A model generated the notes under the pieces. That model did no database searches, was not told the origin of the DNA, and saw nothing but the letters and a program-made list of their open reading frames with translations. Shown piece by piece: positions 17,970-29,798 of a stretch of DNA of 64,000 bases; positions within the stretch are counted from its first letter, which is position 1, and the number at the start of each line of letters is the position of its first letter. The DNA is from an uncultured Chlamydiales bacterium (GTDB taxonomy: Bacteria > Chlamydiota > Chlamydiia > Chlamydiales > JAAKFR01). The position numbers and the translations under genes were made by a program. The DNA lies in the NCBI GenBank assembly GCA_963705695.1, contig CAVPKN010000016.1, positions 27,611 to 91,610 of the forward strand, in the 5' to 3' direction.

Positions 17970-18752
17970 TCAAAGACAATCAAGGGTGCGCTTGAGTCGT
18001 TTGATGGCATGGAGGGTGCATGCAAAAATAAATCCCCATAATACGAGCAATGAGATCCAATAAGGGAGATATCCTGCTTGACCCAGTGTAGATGCTCTCA
18101 TTCCTTCTATCACGTAAACGATGGGATTAAAGAGTAAAATAATACCAATAACGGGATTGAGTTGATAGGCTGTTTCCCAGGAGAAAAAATAGGTACCAAA
18201 CATCCAGAGGGGGACAATGTAGCGCAACCAAAGAGTGCTTAGGCTCGACATGCCTGGGATGATGCTGCTCAGCCACAAGGCAAAAGCCCCGAAAAAGAGA
18301 TTACTTGTTAAAAAGAGCGGGATCAGGCGGATATAAGAAATAGCTGCCAGATCAAATCGTGTCCAAAGAAGAAGTTTTCCCACAGGAAATAAAAGCACAG
18401 ACAATAGAGCCGAGGTAATGGCCCAAAAGACCCCCATATAGATAAATACCCACTCCGATCGAATGGGCATGATTAAAAGCTGGGTAATGGCCCTTTCTCC
18501 CTCAATATCGCTCAGTAAAAGGGCAACCTTACCGACGATTTCGATCAGACCAAAGCTTCCAATTGCCGCAATAAGAAGAAAAGGGCCGAAACTGGCAGAT
18601 AACCCTTCACCCGACATGAAATATCCAAAAATAAGAACATTAACGGCAAAGACGATCACCATATCGCAAAATTTGTTCCAGTAATCGCGTTTAAAAATGA
18701 GCAAATCACGATACAGAAGTTGAAAAAATACGTGAGCTGATTGTTTATTCAT
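17970..18752 (-). CDS. ABC-2 type transporter permease
   Basis: Six-TM ABC-2 profile. I set the start at ATG 18752, giving an 8-nt overlap with the upstream ATPase gene. Confidence 0.75.
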   Translation of the reverse strand: MNKQSAHVFFQLLYRDLLIFKRDYWNKFCDMVIVFAVNVLIFGYFMSGEGLSASFGPFLLIAAIGSFGLIEIVGKVALLLSDIEGERAITQLLIMPIRSEWVFIYMGVFWAITSALLSVLLFPVGKLLLWTRFDLAAISYIRLIPLFLTSNLFFGAFALWLSSIIPGMSSLSTLWLRYIVPLWMFGTYFFSWETAYQLNPVIGIILLFNPIVYVIEGMRASTLGQAGYLPYWISLLVLWGFIFACTLHAIKRLKRTLDCL

Positions 18753-19560
18753 AACTGGTGTTGACAGAGTTAAAGACATTCGCTTCAGGATCATCAATAA
18801 ATGTGAGAAAAACTTCCTCCAGATTATTTTTTTGATGAAATTTTTTAAGACGATCAGGCGTATCGATAGTTCTGATTAAACCATTGTGAATCAAGCACAC
18901 ACGATCTGCAAGATATTCAGCTTCATCGAGGTAATGTGTTGTCAAAATGATAGACACATGTTCTGATTTCAATGTTTTGATCGTCTCCCAGATTTGCCTG
19001 CGAATATGGGGATCGAGTCCTACAGTGGGTTCGTCCAGGATCAATAATTGAGGCTGGTGCATTAAAGCACGCGCGATTAAAAACCGTTGTCGATACCCAC
19101 CTGAAAGCTGATCGGTTGTAGTATGAAGGTATTCTCCAAGGTTAAACTGTGTGACCAGGCTCTCTTTTCGCTCCGATGCCTGCTGACGATTCAAACCGTA
19201 ACAACGTCCAGCAAAAATCAAATTTTCTTCAACATTGAGTCGCTTTTCAATATTGGGTTTTTGCGGGCACATACCGACAACTTTGCGATATTCGAGCAGC
19301 TGCTTATAGATCGACTCTCCTCGCCACATGATCTCGCCAAATGTAGGAGGGTGCATCGTGGCCAAAATGGAGGAAAGAGTGGTTTTTCCAGCTCCATTAA
19401 CTCCCAAAAGCCCCAATACTTCCCCTTTATAAAGATCAAAAGAGGCTTCTTGTAATGCCCGCTTTATTTCCCGTCCTTTTTTATCGAAATACGTTTTTGA
19501 AACTTTACGCACTTCCAGCAGCGTATCAGTTGCATTTCTACCATTAAGTTCCATATTCAT
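18745..19560 (-). CDS. ABC transporter ATP-binding protein (ABC-2 exporter partner)
   Basis: Walker A GVNGAGKTT, signature LSGGYRQR, Walker B LLILDEPTVGLD. I set the start at internal Met 19560 (MNMELNG). Confidence 0.85.
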   Translation of the reverse strand: MNMELNGRNATDTLLEVRKVSKTYFDKKGREIKRALQEASFDLYKGEVLGLLGVNGAGKTTLSSILATMHPPTFGEIMWRGESIYKQLLEYRKVVGMCPQKPNIEKRLNVEENLIFAGRCYGLNRQQASERKESLVTQFNLGEYLHTTTDQLSGGYRQRFLIARALMHQPQLLILDEPTVGLDPHIRRQIWETIKTLKSEHVSIILTTHYLDEAEYLADRVCLIHNGLIRTIDTPDRLKKFHQKNNLEEVFLTFIDDPEANVFNSVNTSYE

Positions 19561-19726
19561 CGGAAAATCCCTAAAAACGAGCCATTCCGTTGTAAAAAAC
19601 ACACACAATGGGAAGCAATATAACAAAGAACGGGTATTCTTGGGAAAGCCTTACTTTTTGCCTGCGCTATCGCTCTTTTTGTTTGCTTTGCCTTTTTTTT
19701 AACGTGCGCGTAATGTGCAAGTTATC

Positions 19727-20080
19727 ATGGATAAAATTGTTTTGCCAGTAGGGGATGATGAGCTTCTTGCCGAATGCAAGGTTGATACCTATCGTTCCAG
19801 CGGCAAAGGGGGGCAGCATATCAATGTTACAGATAGTGCTGTCCGCCTGACTCATTTGCCAACAGGGATCGTCGTTACCAGTCAAAAAGAGAGGAGCCAG
19901 TTTCTTAATAAAAAAGAATGCCTCTTCAAATTGCGTCACCGCGTTGAAAAAAACAATTATAAAAAGCCATTCCGGATTCCTACACAAAAGCCCCATGCGG
20001 TAGCCATCAAGAATAGCCTCAAAAAATCAAAAGACTCAGCTAAAAAAAAGCTGCGCCGCCCCCCTTCCGATACTGAGTAA
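19727..20080 (+). CDS. ArfB/RF-1-domain peptidyl-tRNA hydrolase-like protein
   Basis: GGQ motif ([24 protein letters not shown]). About 117 aa with a basic C-terminal tail [14 protein letters not shown]. Confidence 0.65.
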   Translation: MDKIVLPVGDDELLAECKVDTYRSSGKGGQHINVTDSAVRLTHLPTGIVVTSQKERSQFLNKKECLFKLRHRVEKNNYKKPFRIPTQKPHAVAIKNSLKKSKDSAKKKLRRPPSDTE

Positions 20081-20093
20081 TTTCATCACAAAG

Positions 20094-20128
20094 ACCTTGA
20101 GGATGAGGAAGATCAACCAAAACTTACG
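20094..20128. repeat. solo terminal repeat of family B
   Basis: CTTGAGGATGAGGAAGATCAACCAAAACTTACG matches the family-B TIR. No core is attached. Confidence 0.55.
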
Positions 20129-20718
20129 CCATTTATTAATTCCGATGTGGCCGTAGCATGGCAATGCAAAAATGGACGAGTATAAAAGTAGTAAAACCAA
20201 CAATGATTGGAAGAAGAACGGTTACAGTAGCCTGCATCTGATTAACCCAAACACGTGCGATACCATATGACACTTGGTGTGATGCTGATAAGTGTTGTAT
20301 CACTCTCTCTCATTGGAATCAAAATAATCAGATTTTAAGATGATCATCAATGAGACCGTCGTCGTGGTTAAACCAGCGTGTATTCTTCTATCCCGCATTA
20401 CAATGCGGCCAACGTGATGTACCAAATCCAAACTCTGTGTCACAACACCAGCAATACGATGAGCCATAACATCCTCCGCGTTGAGAGATCATATAAATGT
20501 TTTACCAGGTTTTCCCTTGAAGATAAAGGAAAATAACTGTGGTATCAAACTCGGACAACTCTTTGCTCGTTTCACTCAATTTTCAGTCGAATCTCATCAA
20601 AAATGTGGGCCTTACAGAGAGATCTCTTACGTTAAACTGGCATTAAATTAATTTATTGACATAAGGCAAATTATTTAGTATCCTAAAGTTCAGCATTTAA
20701 TGTTTCATAATGTGGTGA

Positions 20719-21470
<752 letters not shown>

Positions 21471-21489
21471 AAGTTTTTTCTCTAAGAAA

Positions 21490-21609
21490 CTCGTGAACGA
21501 GCCCGAGCCCGATTGCACCTTGAATTCGGGCACGGGCTTCACGAAAATGCCTTGATCTTAGGGAATTAAAAACGCTTCTAAAATTTCTTTTTTAATGGTT
21601 GGTGCCCCG
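21490..21609. mobile_element. MITE-like repeat, family A, half copy (A2)
   Basis: Central palindrome plus one arm ending TTTTAATGGTTGGTGCCCCG. Colinear with the reverse complement of the left arm of A1. Confidence 0.8.
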
Positions 21610-21671
21610 TCTTCTGGGCTCTAGATATTCCATTGAAATGGAATATCTTGTAAGATGTTGACCGGTGTAAT

Positions 21672-23460
21672 TTGTTATTAAGCACGAAGAAATTAACTAA
21701 AACTTTTGGGAATCGAAGCCTCTTTAAAGAACTCGATTTCAGCATCTTTGAAAAAGATCGCCTGTACTCATCGGCCCCAACGGTTCGGGCAAATCGACTC
21801 TCCTCAAAATCCTCGCTTCTCTAGAGAAACCCGATACGGTAACGATCAACTATAGAAAAGGATTAAAGCTCTGGCCACGTCCCCCAATCGTGTGTTTTTC
21901 CTTCTCAAAACGCCTGCTCAAATTCTACTTGAGGCGATCGATGACTATAGCCATCTCTCTATGGAGGAGAAACAACATCGTGTCAATGCATGGCTCAGTA
22001 AATTAGCTTTTAAGGATAAAGAATGTCTGGTTGACCAACTTTCAGGCGGATGGAAAAAACGGTTAGCCATTGCAGCAGCCCTGATTAAGAATACCGACTT
22101 GTTGGTTTTAGATGAACCCACTAACCATCTCGATCTCAAAAGGAATTTTTTGGTTGGAGAAATTTCTTCTGAAAGAAGAGAGCTCATTTTATTGTTGTAA
22201 TGCCACGATCGTTACTTTTTACAAAATGTGACTAATCGTATTGTCGAAATCGATCCTGTTTATCCAAAAGGGACCTTTTCTATTTCTGGTTCTTATCGTT
22301 TTGGAGAAAAATAAGCTATTTTTGGCAGGTCAAATGCAGCATGAACGCTCCCTTGCTTCAAAAGCTAGGCATGAATTGAACTGGCTGCGGCAATCTCCCA
22401 AAGTGCGTACTACAAAAGTACAATCACGTATCCATCATGCCCACGGAAAATCTGGGTAGCCATATGAGAAGTCGAAGAAAATCGAACAAAAAAGAGCCGA
22501 TATTTTGTTTGATGCTACGGAAAGATAAACGTGTAAGTCGCTTGTTGCCAATAACGTTTGTAAGAAAATAGGAGATAGGACTCTTTTTTCTCCACCTCAA
22601 TTTTACCCTTTCCCCCTTATGTGCGTATGGGATTAATGGGTTCAAATGGTGCCGGGAAAACAACACTGCTGCGCCTACTTGCTGGAGAAATTGAACCTGA
22701 TCGAGGAAGTCTGAAGAGGGCAAGTAATGCCGTCTGAAAGTGGTTTATTTTGATCAATACAGAGCCCTCCTCCCCGACGAGATGACTTTAAGAGATGCCT
22801 TATCTCCTACAGGAGACTATGTATTATTTCAGGGAGAGCGTGTTCATGTTAATGATGGTGTAAGCGTTTTTTATTTTCCCCCGATTTGCTCTGATCTCCC
22901 ATTAGGTCAGCTCATCCGGAGGGAGAGAGCTCGTATTTCAATGGCTCACTCACTGCTACAGCCTGCCTATCTATTATTGCTCGATGAACCAACGAATGAT
23001 TTGGACGTTGCCACATTAGAAACATTAGAAGAGAGTTTCGATCGAATTTCAAGGTGCTGTTGTTTTGATTACGCACGACAGATGCATGTTGGACCGCATC
23101 TGTACAACCTTTCTTGCTTTAGGTGATCCTGAACGGTGCGCTTTCTATGCCGACTATAATCAATGGAAAAATGCCTTAAAACCAGAGGTGAAAGAGGAAA
23201 AAAAGAAGGTCAAACCCGTTCCCTCACCTTCACCTAAACTCTCCTCAGCAGAGAGAAATGAGTATAAGCGCCTTGAAGAAAAAATTTTAGCAGCAGAAAA
23301 GGAGCTAGCGCAACACCACGTACTTTTAGAACAAGATGAGATTTGTCTCAATCCAACCCGTCTCGATCAAGTGTGTCAAGCGATTGCCCTTTTAGAAAAT
23401 CAGATCGAGCAGTTTTATCTGCGTTGGTATGAACTGGAAAACAAACTCTCAAATCAATAA
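21672..23460 (+). pseudogene. ABC-F family ATPase (Uup/EttA-like), multiply frameshifted
   Basis: Fragments carry both cassettes: GPNGSGKSTLLKIL read across a shift, [15 protein letters not shown]...[38 protein letters not shown], and a C-terminal coiled coil. At least 5 frame changes. The start is approximate. Confidence 0.8.
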
Positions 23461-23499
23461 TAAAAATTCTCGATATCCAGATCAAAAGCAAAGCTCCAC

Positions 23500-25296
23500 T
23501 CAAGCACGAAACAAGGCTTCTTCTTGCTCAGTCAAGTAGCGGACTATCTCTAGATAACCGCAATCCCGAGCGATGTCGTAAGCGGTTTTCAGCTTGTTAC
23601 CCACCCATGCTTTTTGATTGAGAAAAGCACGAGTTTCCTCGGAGAAATATTGCCGATTAAGTTCAAAGTAGTATGCTTTGAGAAGCTCCAATTGATTATT
23701 TCGAGCAAAATAATGGAGAAGAGTGGCTCCTTCGTCATCTACATATTTTAAATTCAGATGGGGAGCAGAGAGTAGCGCTTGAAAAGAATTGAAAGCACCA
23801 CAGTGGTAGGCATAGCAAAGGGGATTAATTATTTTATTAAATTTAAATACCTCGTTCACTGATGATTTTTTTAAGAAAAAATCAATATACTCTTTCCGAT
23901 TTCTTTCAATGACGATTTGTTGGAACGAATCCCACATAAAAGACTGAATAAAAAAGAGCTCATTTTTTTTAAAAATCTTTTCCGCGTCGGACAAATTTTT
24001 ACTTCTTAAGTGGATAAATAGCTCAAACCGTTTATCTACCTCGGCTAGTGCAGAAAACGAAAACTCTTCCTTGGAAGGTCGGCAAAGAGATACTAAAAAA
24101 TCTACGGCAACGGAAGAAAATTTCTTATCAATAGTGATTCTGTTTTCCGAAATAGCTACTGTGAGGCTTTGAGAAACACCTATCAAGTGTGAGTGGCTAG
24201 ACATCTCAAAGGTGTGGCATTGAACGAGTTCTTCAAATTTATGTAAAGCTGGCCGGTTGCCTTGGCAGGCAGCTTCGTAGAACCATTTCATGGCCTTCTT
24301 GTTATTCACCTCAACATCTTCTCCTTCCAAATAGGCGAGTCCCAGTCGGTATTGAGCTTCAGCAGATTTTTCGTGAGCTTGGATATAATATTTTACAAAG
24401 TTCACACGATCTAACCGTTGTATCTGCTCATACCCTTGTCCGGGTCTCACACGATTGGCTGTCAGTCTCGTCTGAGAGGTGCCTGAGTAATTTGAAATAG
24501 CAACATAGTCTGGATTGCCGTTTATAAGAATCCCAATCACATGCCGGCTGACCTTACAGAAAACAGGGGATCCAGAATTTCCAGAATAGGCATCTAGATC
24601 TGCTTGATAGGTATGTTTTTCAACCGATTTGACTTCAGCGCCTTCAGCATATTTCTTAGGCAATCCCGAAGGATGCCCCCACATATAGAGATTTGTGTTC
24701 TGTGTCACTTTTTCAAAATGCACCGGAAGAGAAGGTTTGTTCTTTTCTGCAATTTTCAATTTAACGAGAGCCCAATCAGCACCATCACGGCTGTAGGCAA
24801 TTACCTTTTTAATTTTGCATACATTTTCTTGGGAAAACCTATAAAGTTGCTGATCAGCTTGCTGTACGTGAAAGCCAAATACAATCCGGAATTTCTTGAG
24901 TTCCTCTGGAAGGTTTTTCAATACAATGGCGCGCGGTGAGAGCGACGCGGGGAGCTATCAAAAAAGAGAGTGCAATTTCCAGGTGCAGGTTCTGTACGAA
25001 AAGCTTCATTCTCGCCAAATCGAACGTCCTTTGCATGTTTATATCTGTAGAGCGCTTCCTGGTTTTCTGCTAACTTGGGAACAGCAGGGGAAAATACATA
25101 CCCACTTGTATCAGCAATTAGATACTGTTTGTGGATCATGCATGCTACACAGTGCGCTTGCTCTATGGCCGTTTTACTGAATTCATCCTGTTTTCTTGCT
25201 AGTCAGTATATTTTTTCGACGTTCTACATCGGTATACTGGGCTTTTTCTTGTTGATCTCTAGTTTGAGTCATGAGTGCAGATTTAACGATAGCCAT
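23500..25296 (-). pseudogene. trypsin-like serine protease fused to SEL1 and ankyrin repeats, N-terminal part frameshifted
   Basis: ATG 25296 has a strong AAAGGAGGTG. The pieces in three frames are LTARHC (His) in 24854..25036, then DWALVKL (Asp) and GNSGSPVF (Ser) in 23500..24921, followed by AEAQYRLGLAYLEG (SEL1-like) and GATLLHYFARNNQLELL / TAYDIARDCGYLEIVRYL (ANK-like). Confidence 0.65.
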
Positions 25297-25508
25297 ACTT
25301 CACCTCCTTTTGGCGTGGGCTTTGCTCTAAAGATAGTAAAAAATAGAGTCGGTAAATAAAAAAGTCAAAGAGGATGATTCAAAAGGCCTAATTAAAAAAA
25401 TTATCTGCAATGGCTTTTTCCTGGCCATTTAATTCTGCTAAGGATATTTTTATTTCATTTTCGTAGGCTTGAAGATTCAGGTCTTGTCGAGATAATGGCA
25501 GTCATCTC

Positions 25509-27029
25509 TTAAGGGTTGAAGGCTTTTCTGGGTAGAAAGTAGGTGAATAAAAACGAAAGAAGCAGCCCGGCTAGAATCCAAAACATCAAATAAAAACTAT
25601 CATTTAAAGCCAACGAGGAGGCTTCACGGAGCGAGAAATAGTCTAGTTGGGCTGTGGCCGCTTCTCCCTGCAGCCCTCTAATATTGGCGTTAGCAAAGTA
25701 CTCATCTGTAAGAGGGGAGATGGGAGTCAACCGACTGACCAGCCTTTCATTAAAGAAAACTTGCCTCCTTCCCCAGATAGTGGTGAATATGGCAGCTCCT
25801 AGACCACTTCCAAGGGCACGTGTCACTTGCAATAGACTTATAATATCTATATTTTGCTCAGGGTAAAGACCGAAGGCCATACGGAAAATCGGTGGCAAAA
25901 AAAAAGCGAGCCCAAAACCTGCAAAAAGCCGTGAGATGGCAATGCGCCTAAAATCGACCTCTATGTTGAAATACGTGGTATAATAGCAACTTATTCCTAA
26001 AAGGATAATAGCAATGGACCAAAAAATACGACAATCGATGAGAATAAGCTTGACCCTGAAGATAATGATAGCCAAAGCCGCTAGGGCTGTGTTTAATAGG
26101 AGTAAATTGATCCACCAGGGGGTATAATTAGCCCAAAATTTAAGCCACAATGAAAGAAGAATAATATTTCCAAAATAAAGAGCAAATAAAAACCCAAGAT
26201 GTAGCAGACAAAAAGCAAGGGCCACATTGGATAGAAGTCTGATATTCAAGATGGGTTGCTCTGTTTTAAGCTCCCAAATGATAAAAAATATAAGAGAAAA
26301 CAATCCGAAAACAAACAGCCATGTGATCAGGTATGAGCGGAACCAGTCGAGTTCTTGTCCGCGGATAACCACGAAGCTTAACGAAAAAATGGCACATGAG
26401 AAAGAGAGGTAGCCGACGAGGTCAAACAGGACATTTTTTTTTAAGAAAGAAGCGTCATATCCTTTTACATAAAAATATTGAAGAATAGCTAAGAGAGCAG
26501 CAAGTGGAGCTTCAATATAATAAAGGTTGCGCCAATTCCATTCATAAGCAATCCATCCACCCCAGCACGCACCTAATGTAGGGGCTACGATAAATACACA
26601 GGCATTAATAGGGAGAATAAATTTTTTATATTTCGGGGGCATGATTAAATTCTGTAAGCTTAGGACTAATGCATAGAAGGGCCCACACACTAATCCTTGA
26701 AAGAAACGGTCAACAATAAATTCATAGTAGATAGTCGATACAGCACTATGCCAGGCTAAAAAGGCGAATAGGAGGGTGCAAAAAATAAGAGGCCGCCGTA
26801 CGCCCCACTTCGCTAGAAAATACGCTCCAAGGGGTATGCCAAGAATATTGCCTAATGCAAAAAATGAGATGGAATAGGTAACAGTGGCAGAGCTTCCTCC
26901 CAGATCGCTGACAATATAGATGGAGGAGATAATATTTAGAGTATAATTAAAGATACTCGTAAAGAGGGTGCCATAAAGAACCAAAAGGGTGACTAGGGCA
27001 GAGGATTTTATTGAAGATGCTTCAGACAA
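25509..27029 (-). CDS. MFS drug efflux transporter, DHA2/EmrB-like (14 TM)
   Basis: Length and hydrophobicity pattern fit DHA2. It follows a HlyD-family gene. TTG start with GGAGAG upstream. Confidence 0.8.
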   Translation of the reverse strand: MSEASSIKSSALVTLLVLYGTLFTSIFNYTLNIISSIYIVSDLGGSSATVTYSISFFALGNILGIPLGAYFLAKWGVRRPLIFCTLLFAFLAWHSAVSTIYYEFIVDRFFQGLVCGPFYALVLSLQNLIMPPKYKKFILPINACVFIVAPTLGACWGGWIAYEWNWRNLYYIEAPLAALLAILQYFYVKGYDASFLKKNVLFDLVGYLSFSCAIFSLSFVVIRGQELDWFRSYLITWLFVFGLFSLIFFIIWELKTEQPILNIRLLSNVALAFCLLHLGFLFALYFGNIILLSLWLKFWANYTPWWINLLLLNTALAALAIIIFRVKLILIDCRIFWSIAIILLGISCYYTTYFNIEVDFRRIAISRLFAGFGLAFFLPPIFRMAFGLYPEQNIDIISLLQVTRALGSGLGAAIFTTIWGRRQVFFNERLVSRLTPISPLTDEYFANANIRGLQGEAATAQLDYFSLREASSLALNDSFYLMFWILAGLLLSFLFTYFLPRKAFNP

Positions 27030-27053
27030 GGCTCTCCGACAATCTCATACAAT

Positions 27054-28268
27054 TCATCTCACGATTATTATTGGGATAGGTTCATCAGCATATTGTTCTA
27101 GTTTTGGATCTAGGTTGGCTGCGATAATCGCTTGGATCATCTCTTCAACACCTGACAGTTCCTCTTGAAACACAGAGGTTTTGTATTTTGGTGCCTCTGT
27201 TGTTGTGGGCACAAGGCCCTCATTGCCTTCAAAATTTTTCAAGGCGACAGTGGACTCCATAGAAAGTCCGATGCGCAAGGGATGTGTTTGCAACTCCTCG
27301 GGATTTATGGCAATGCGGACGGGCACTCGTTGGACAATTTTGATCCAATTGCCAGTCAAGTTCTGTGGAGGAAGAAGAGAGAAAGCATCTCCAGCAGCTC
27401 CTGGGAGGCCCACGACGATCCCGTGGTAGACCCTCTCTCTTCCATATAGGTCGGATGTCAACCTTGCTTTTTGACCTATGCGCATGTGTCTTAATTGTGT
27501 TTCTTTGTAGTTAGCGTTCACCCAGATTTGATCCAAAGGGATGACACTCATGATGCGCTGACCGGAGCTGAGCCACATCCCTACCTGAGCTACCCTTTGG
27601 GCGACCAATCCTTCGACGGGAGCATAGATCCTGCACCGTCCGTATTGTACAAATGCTTCCCTCAGCCCATCAGCGGCTGCAAGGACATTTGGATGGTTCT
27701 TTATCGACCTCCCTTGGACGAAACTCAATGCCTGTTCATAAAGCGAGTAGGCTCTTTTTAAAGTAGCCTTATTTGCCTCTAAGGCTGCTGCGGCATGTTC
27801 CATGTCTTCAAGTGAGACACCGCCTCTTTGAATAACATCTTGTCGATGTTGGAAGTCTTGGGTGGCTCGTATCAATTCCGCTTGGCTGATCTCTATCCCG
27901 GCACGGTAAATGAAGACTTGATGAAAGCTTTCACATACCTCTCGCACTGTCTTAGCCAACTCCTCTTGAGCTCTATGCAATCTGATTTCATCATCGGTTG
28001 TATCTAGTTCAACGATGAGTTGCCCTTTTTTGACTAAAAAAGTATCGTCGGTGTGAATTTTGGTTACAAAACCGGGGCGCAGGGGAGTGATATACACCAT
28101 GTTTCCTTCAACATAGGCATCATTCGTGTAGGCATAGTCTTTTAACTCAAACCACCAATACAAAATGAAGAGGGCGAGCAGAATGGTGCAGAGGCTGCAA
28201 TACAGCAAAATGTGCCTCCACCTCTTTTTTTGATTTATGGTGCTGGGACCTTGCGCTTCCCCCTTCAT
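27054..28268 (-). CDS. HlyD/EmrA-family membrane fusion protein
   Basis: N-terminal TM, coiled-coil hairpin and beta-barrel layout. 4-nt overlap with the upstream OMF gene. The last ~11 codons coincide with a family-C repeat end. Confidence 0.85.
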   Translation of the reverse strand: MKGEAQGPSTINQKKRWRHILLYCSLCTILLALFILYWWFELKDYAYTNDAYVEGNMVYITPLRPGFVTKIHTDDTFLVKKGQLIVELDTTDDEIRLHRAQEELAKTVREVCESFHQVFIYRAGIEISQAELIRATQDFQHRQDVIQRGGVSLEDMEHAAAALEANKATLKRAYSLYEQALSFVQGRSIKNHPNVLAAADGLREAFVQYGRCRIYAPVEGLVAQRVAQVGMWLSSGQRIMSVIPLDQIWVNANYKETQLRHMRIGQKARLTSDLYGRERVYHGIVVGLPGAAGDAFSLLPPQNLTGNWIKIVQRVPVRIAINPEELQTHPLRIGLSMESTVALKNFEGNEGLVPTTTEAPKYKTSVFQEELSGVEEMIQAIIAANLDPKLEQYADEPIPIIIVR

Positions 28269-29725
28269 AGACAGGATTCCTGTGATCGTAGGGGTACATA
28301 AAGGGATTGATATCCTCCACCCAGGGACTTAATCAATTGGATCATGGCCCCATACAGGTTATAGGTAAGCACGAGCTCGTCTATTTCCTGGCGGATGAAC
28401 TCCTCTCTGACATAATAATTGGAAAGCTGATCGCCCAGCGCTTTTTGGTAGAGAAGTTCGGTCAATTCCACCCGTTCTTTAAGTCTAGCGAGCAGATTTT
28501 TCTGATCGGCTATCTGTTTGAAGAGCGACTTAGCAATTTCAAGGTTGTCGGTCACTTCCTGGGCGCTAGTCAGAAGCAATTGATTGTATTCAAAGATGGC
28601 CTCATTGAAGAGAGCCACGTTAGTGTTGATATTCGCTCTAATACTGCCTGCTGTAAAGATAGGCAAATGAAAAGCCGGTCTAATACCAGCCGTAAAGCTG
28701 GATAAGTTAAAAAACCGACTCCCCGTAACGCTTTCAAGCCCCAGAAAAGCTGTCAGATTTACATCTGGATAATACTCAGTTATGGCAGCGTTCACTTGAT
28801 GGGCCAAGGCTTTGGCAGACCATATTTTTGCCATAAGATCAGGCCTTCTGGCCAAAAGATCTGCTGTGATATCGCATGGAATGCACAAAGAGTCAATGGG
28901 AAGTAACGGTTCCTCCCTAAGGTCTAGAGGCTCATCCGGACCTCTTCCGACTAATACGTTGAGTTGGTGTTTGCTTATCTCGAGTTGTTGATCGACCACC
29001 CAAAGTAATTCTTTGGCGTTGAAATAGCTTTCTTCAGCGTCTAAGGCAATCAACTTATTGGCCAAAGCTTTTTCATGCAGGAAACCTTGCAACTCCCAAA
29101 TGTTCTTTAGAATGGCGATGAGCTGAACAATGAGCTCTTTTTGTTGTTGATATTCTTTTGCAGCGACAAAAGCTTGAGCTACCGAGGTTGTTACAAGCAA
29201 GATAACCTGCCCGTTTTCGGCATATTCTGATAATTCATTGCCTAAAGCAGCTTTGTAGAGTTCTTTATTTTTCCCCCACAAATCAATTTCATAACTAAAA
29301 TTGAATTTTAAATCATAGAGTTCAGCATTAAGAGGAATATGGGGATTTAAAGCCCGCAGAAGGCCATTTTTACTCAAGTATTCATAGTCGTAGAACCCAT
29401 CTAGAGATACCCATGGATAAAGCTTTGAACGGGCAATCAGTGCGATTTGATGAGCCGCTGCAAATTTTTGCTGGATGGCCTGAATAGAAGGATTGTTGTA
29501 CAAAGCCTCTTCCATCAATGCATTGAGTTGGGGCGAAGCAAACAAGGTCCACCACTCTTCCTGAGGCCAATCTCCTGAGGCAAAATATCCACTTTCAAGG
29601 CTTTTTTGCACCGTTAAATCGACACGAGGGGAGTCTATTAAATACTGCGTTTGTTCTCTGATAGAGAACTGACGACATCCGGTGCAAATAAGGGCAAAGA
29701 GGCAGATGAGAGCAAAAGGGCGCAT
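28265..29725 (-). CDS. outer membrane efflux lipoprotein (NodT/TolC family)
   Basis: I set the start at Met 29725 (MRPFALICLFALICTGC lipobox). Two OEP-type repeats. Confidence 0.85.
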   Translation of the reverse strand: MRPFALICLFALICTGCRQFSIREQTQYLIDSPRVDLTVQKSLESGYFASGDWPQEEWWTLFASPQLNALMEEALYNNPSIQAIQQKFAAAHQIALIARSKLYPWVSLDGFYDYEYLSKNGLLRALNPHIPLNAELYDLKFNFSYEIDLWGKNKELYKAALGNELSEYAENGQVILLVTTSVAQAFVAAKEYQQQKELIVQLIAILKNIWELQGFLHEKALANKLIALDAEESYFNAKELLWVVDQQLEISKHQLNVLVGRGPDEPLDLREEPLLPIDSLCIPCDITADLLARRPDLMAKIWSAKALAHQVNAAITEYYPDVNLTAFLGLESVTGSRFFNLSSFTAGIRPAFHLPIFTAGSIRANINTNVALFNEAIFEYNQLLLTSAQEVTDNLEIAKSLFKQIADQKNLLARLKERVELTELLYQKALGDQLSNYYVREEFIRQEIDELVLTYNLYGAMIQLIKSLGGGYQSLYVPLRSQESCL

Positions 29726-29798
29726 AATAATTTCTTTTAAGGGCGATACCTTAAAAAAATCAATGGAATATAGGGGCAATTTCCTTTTCTTATGCGAA

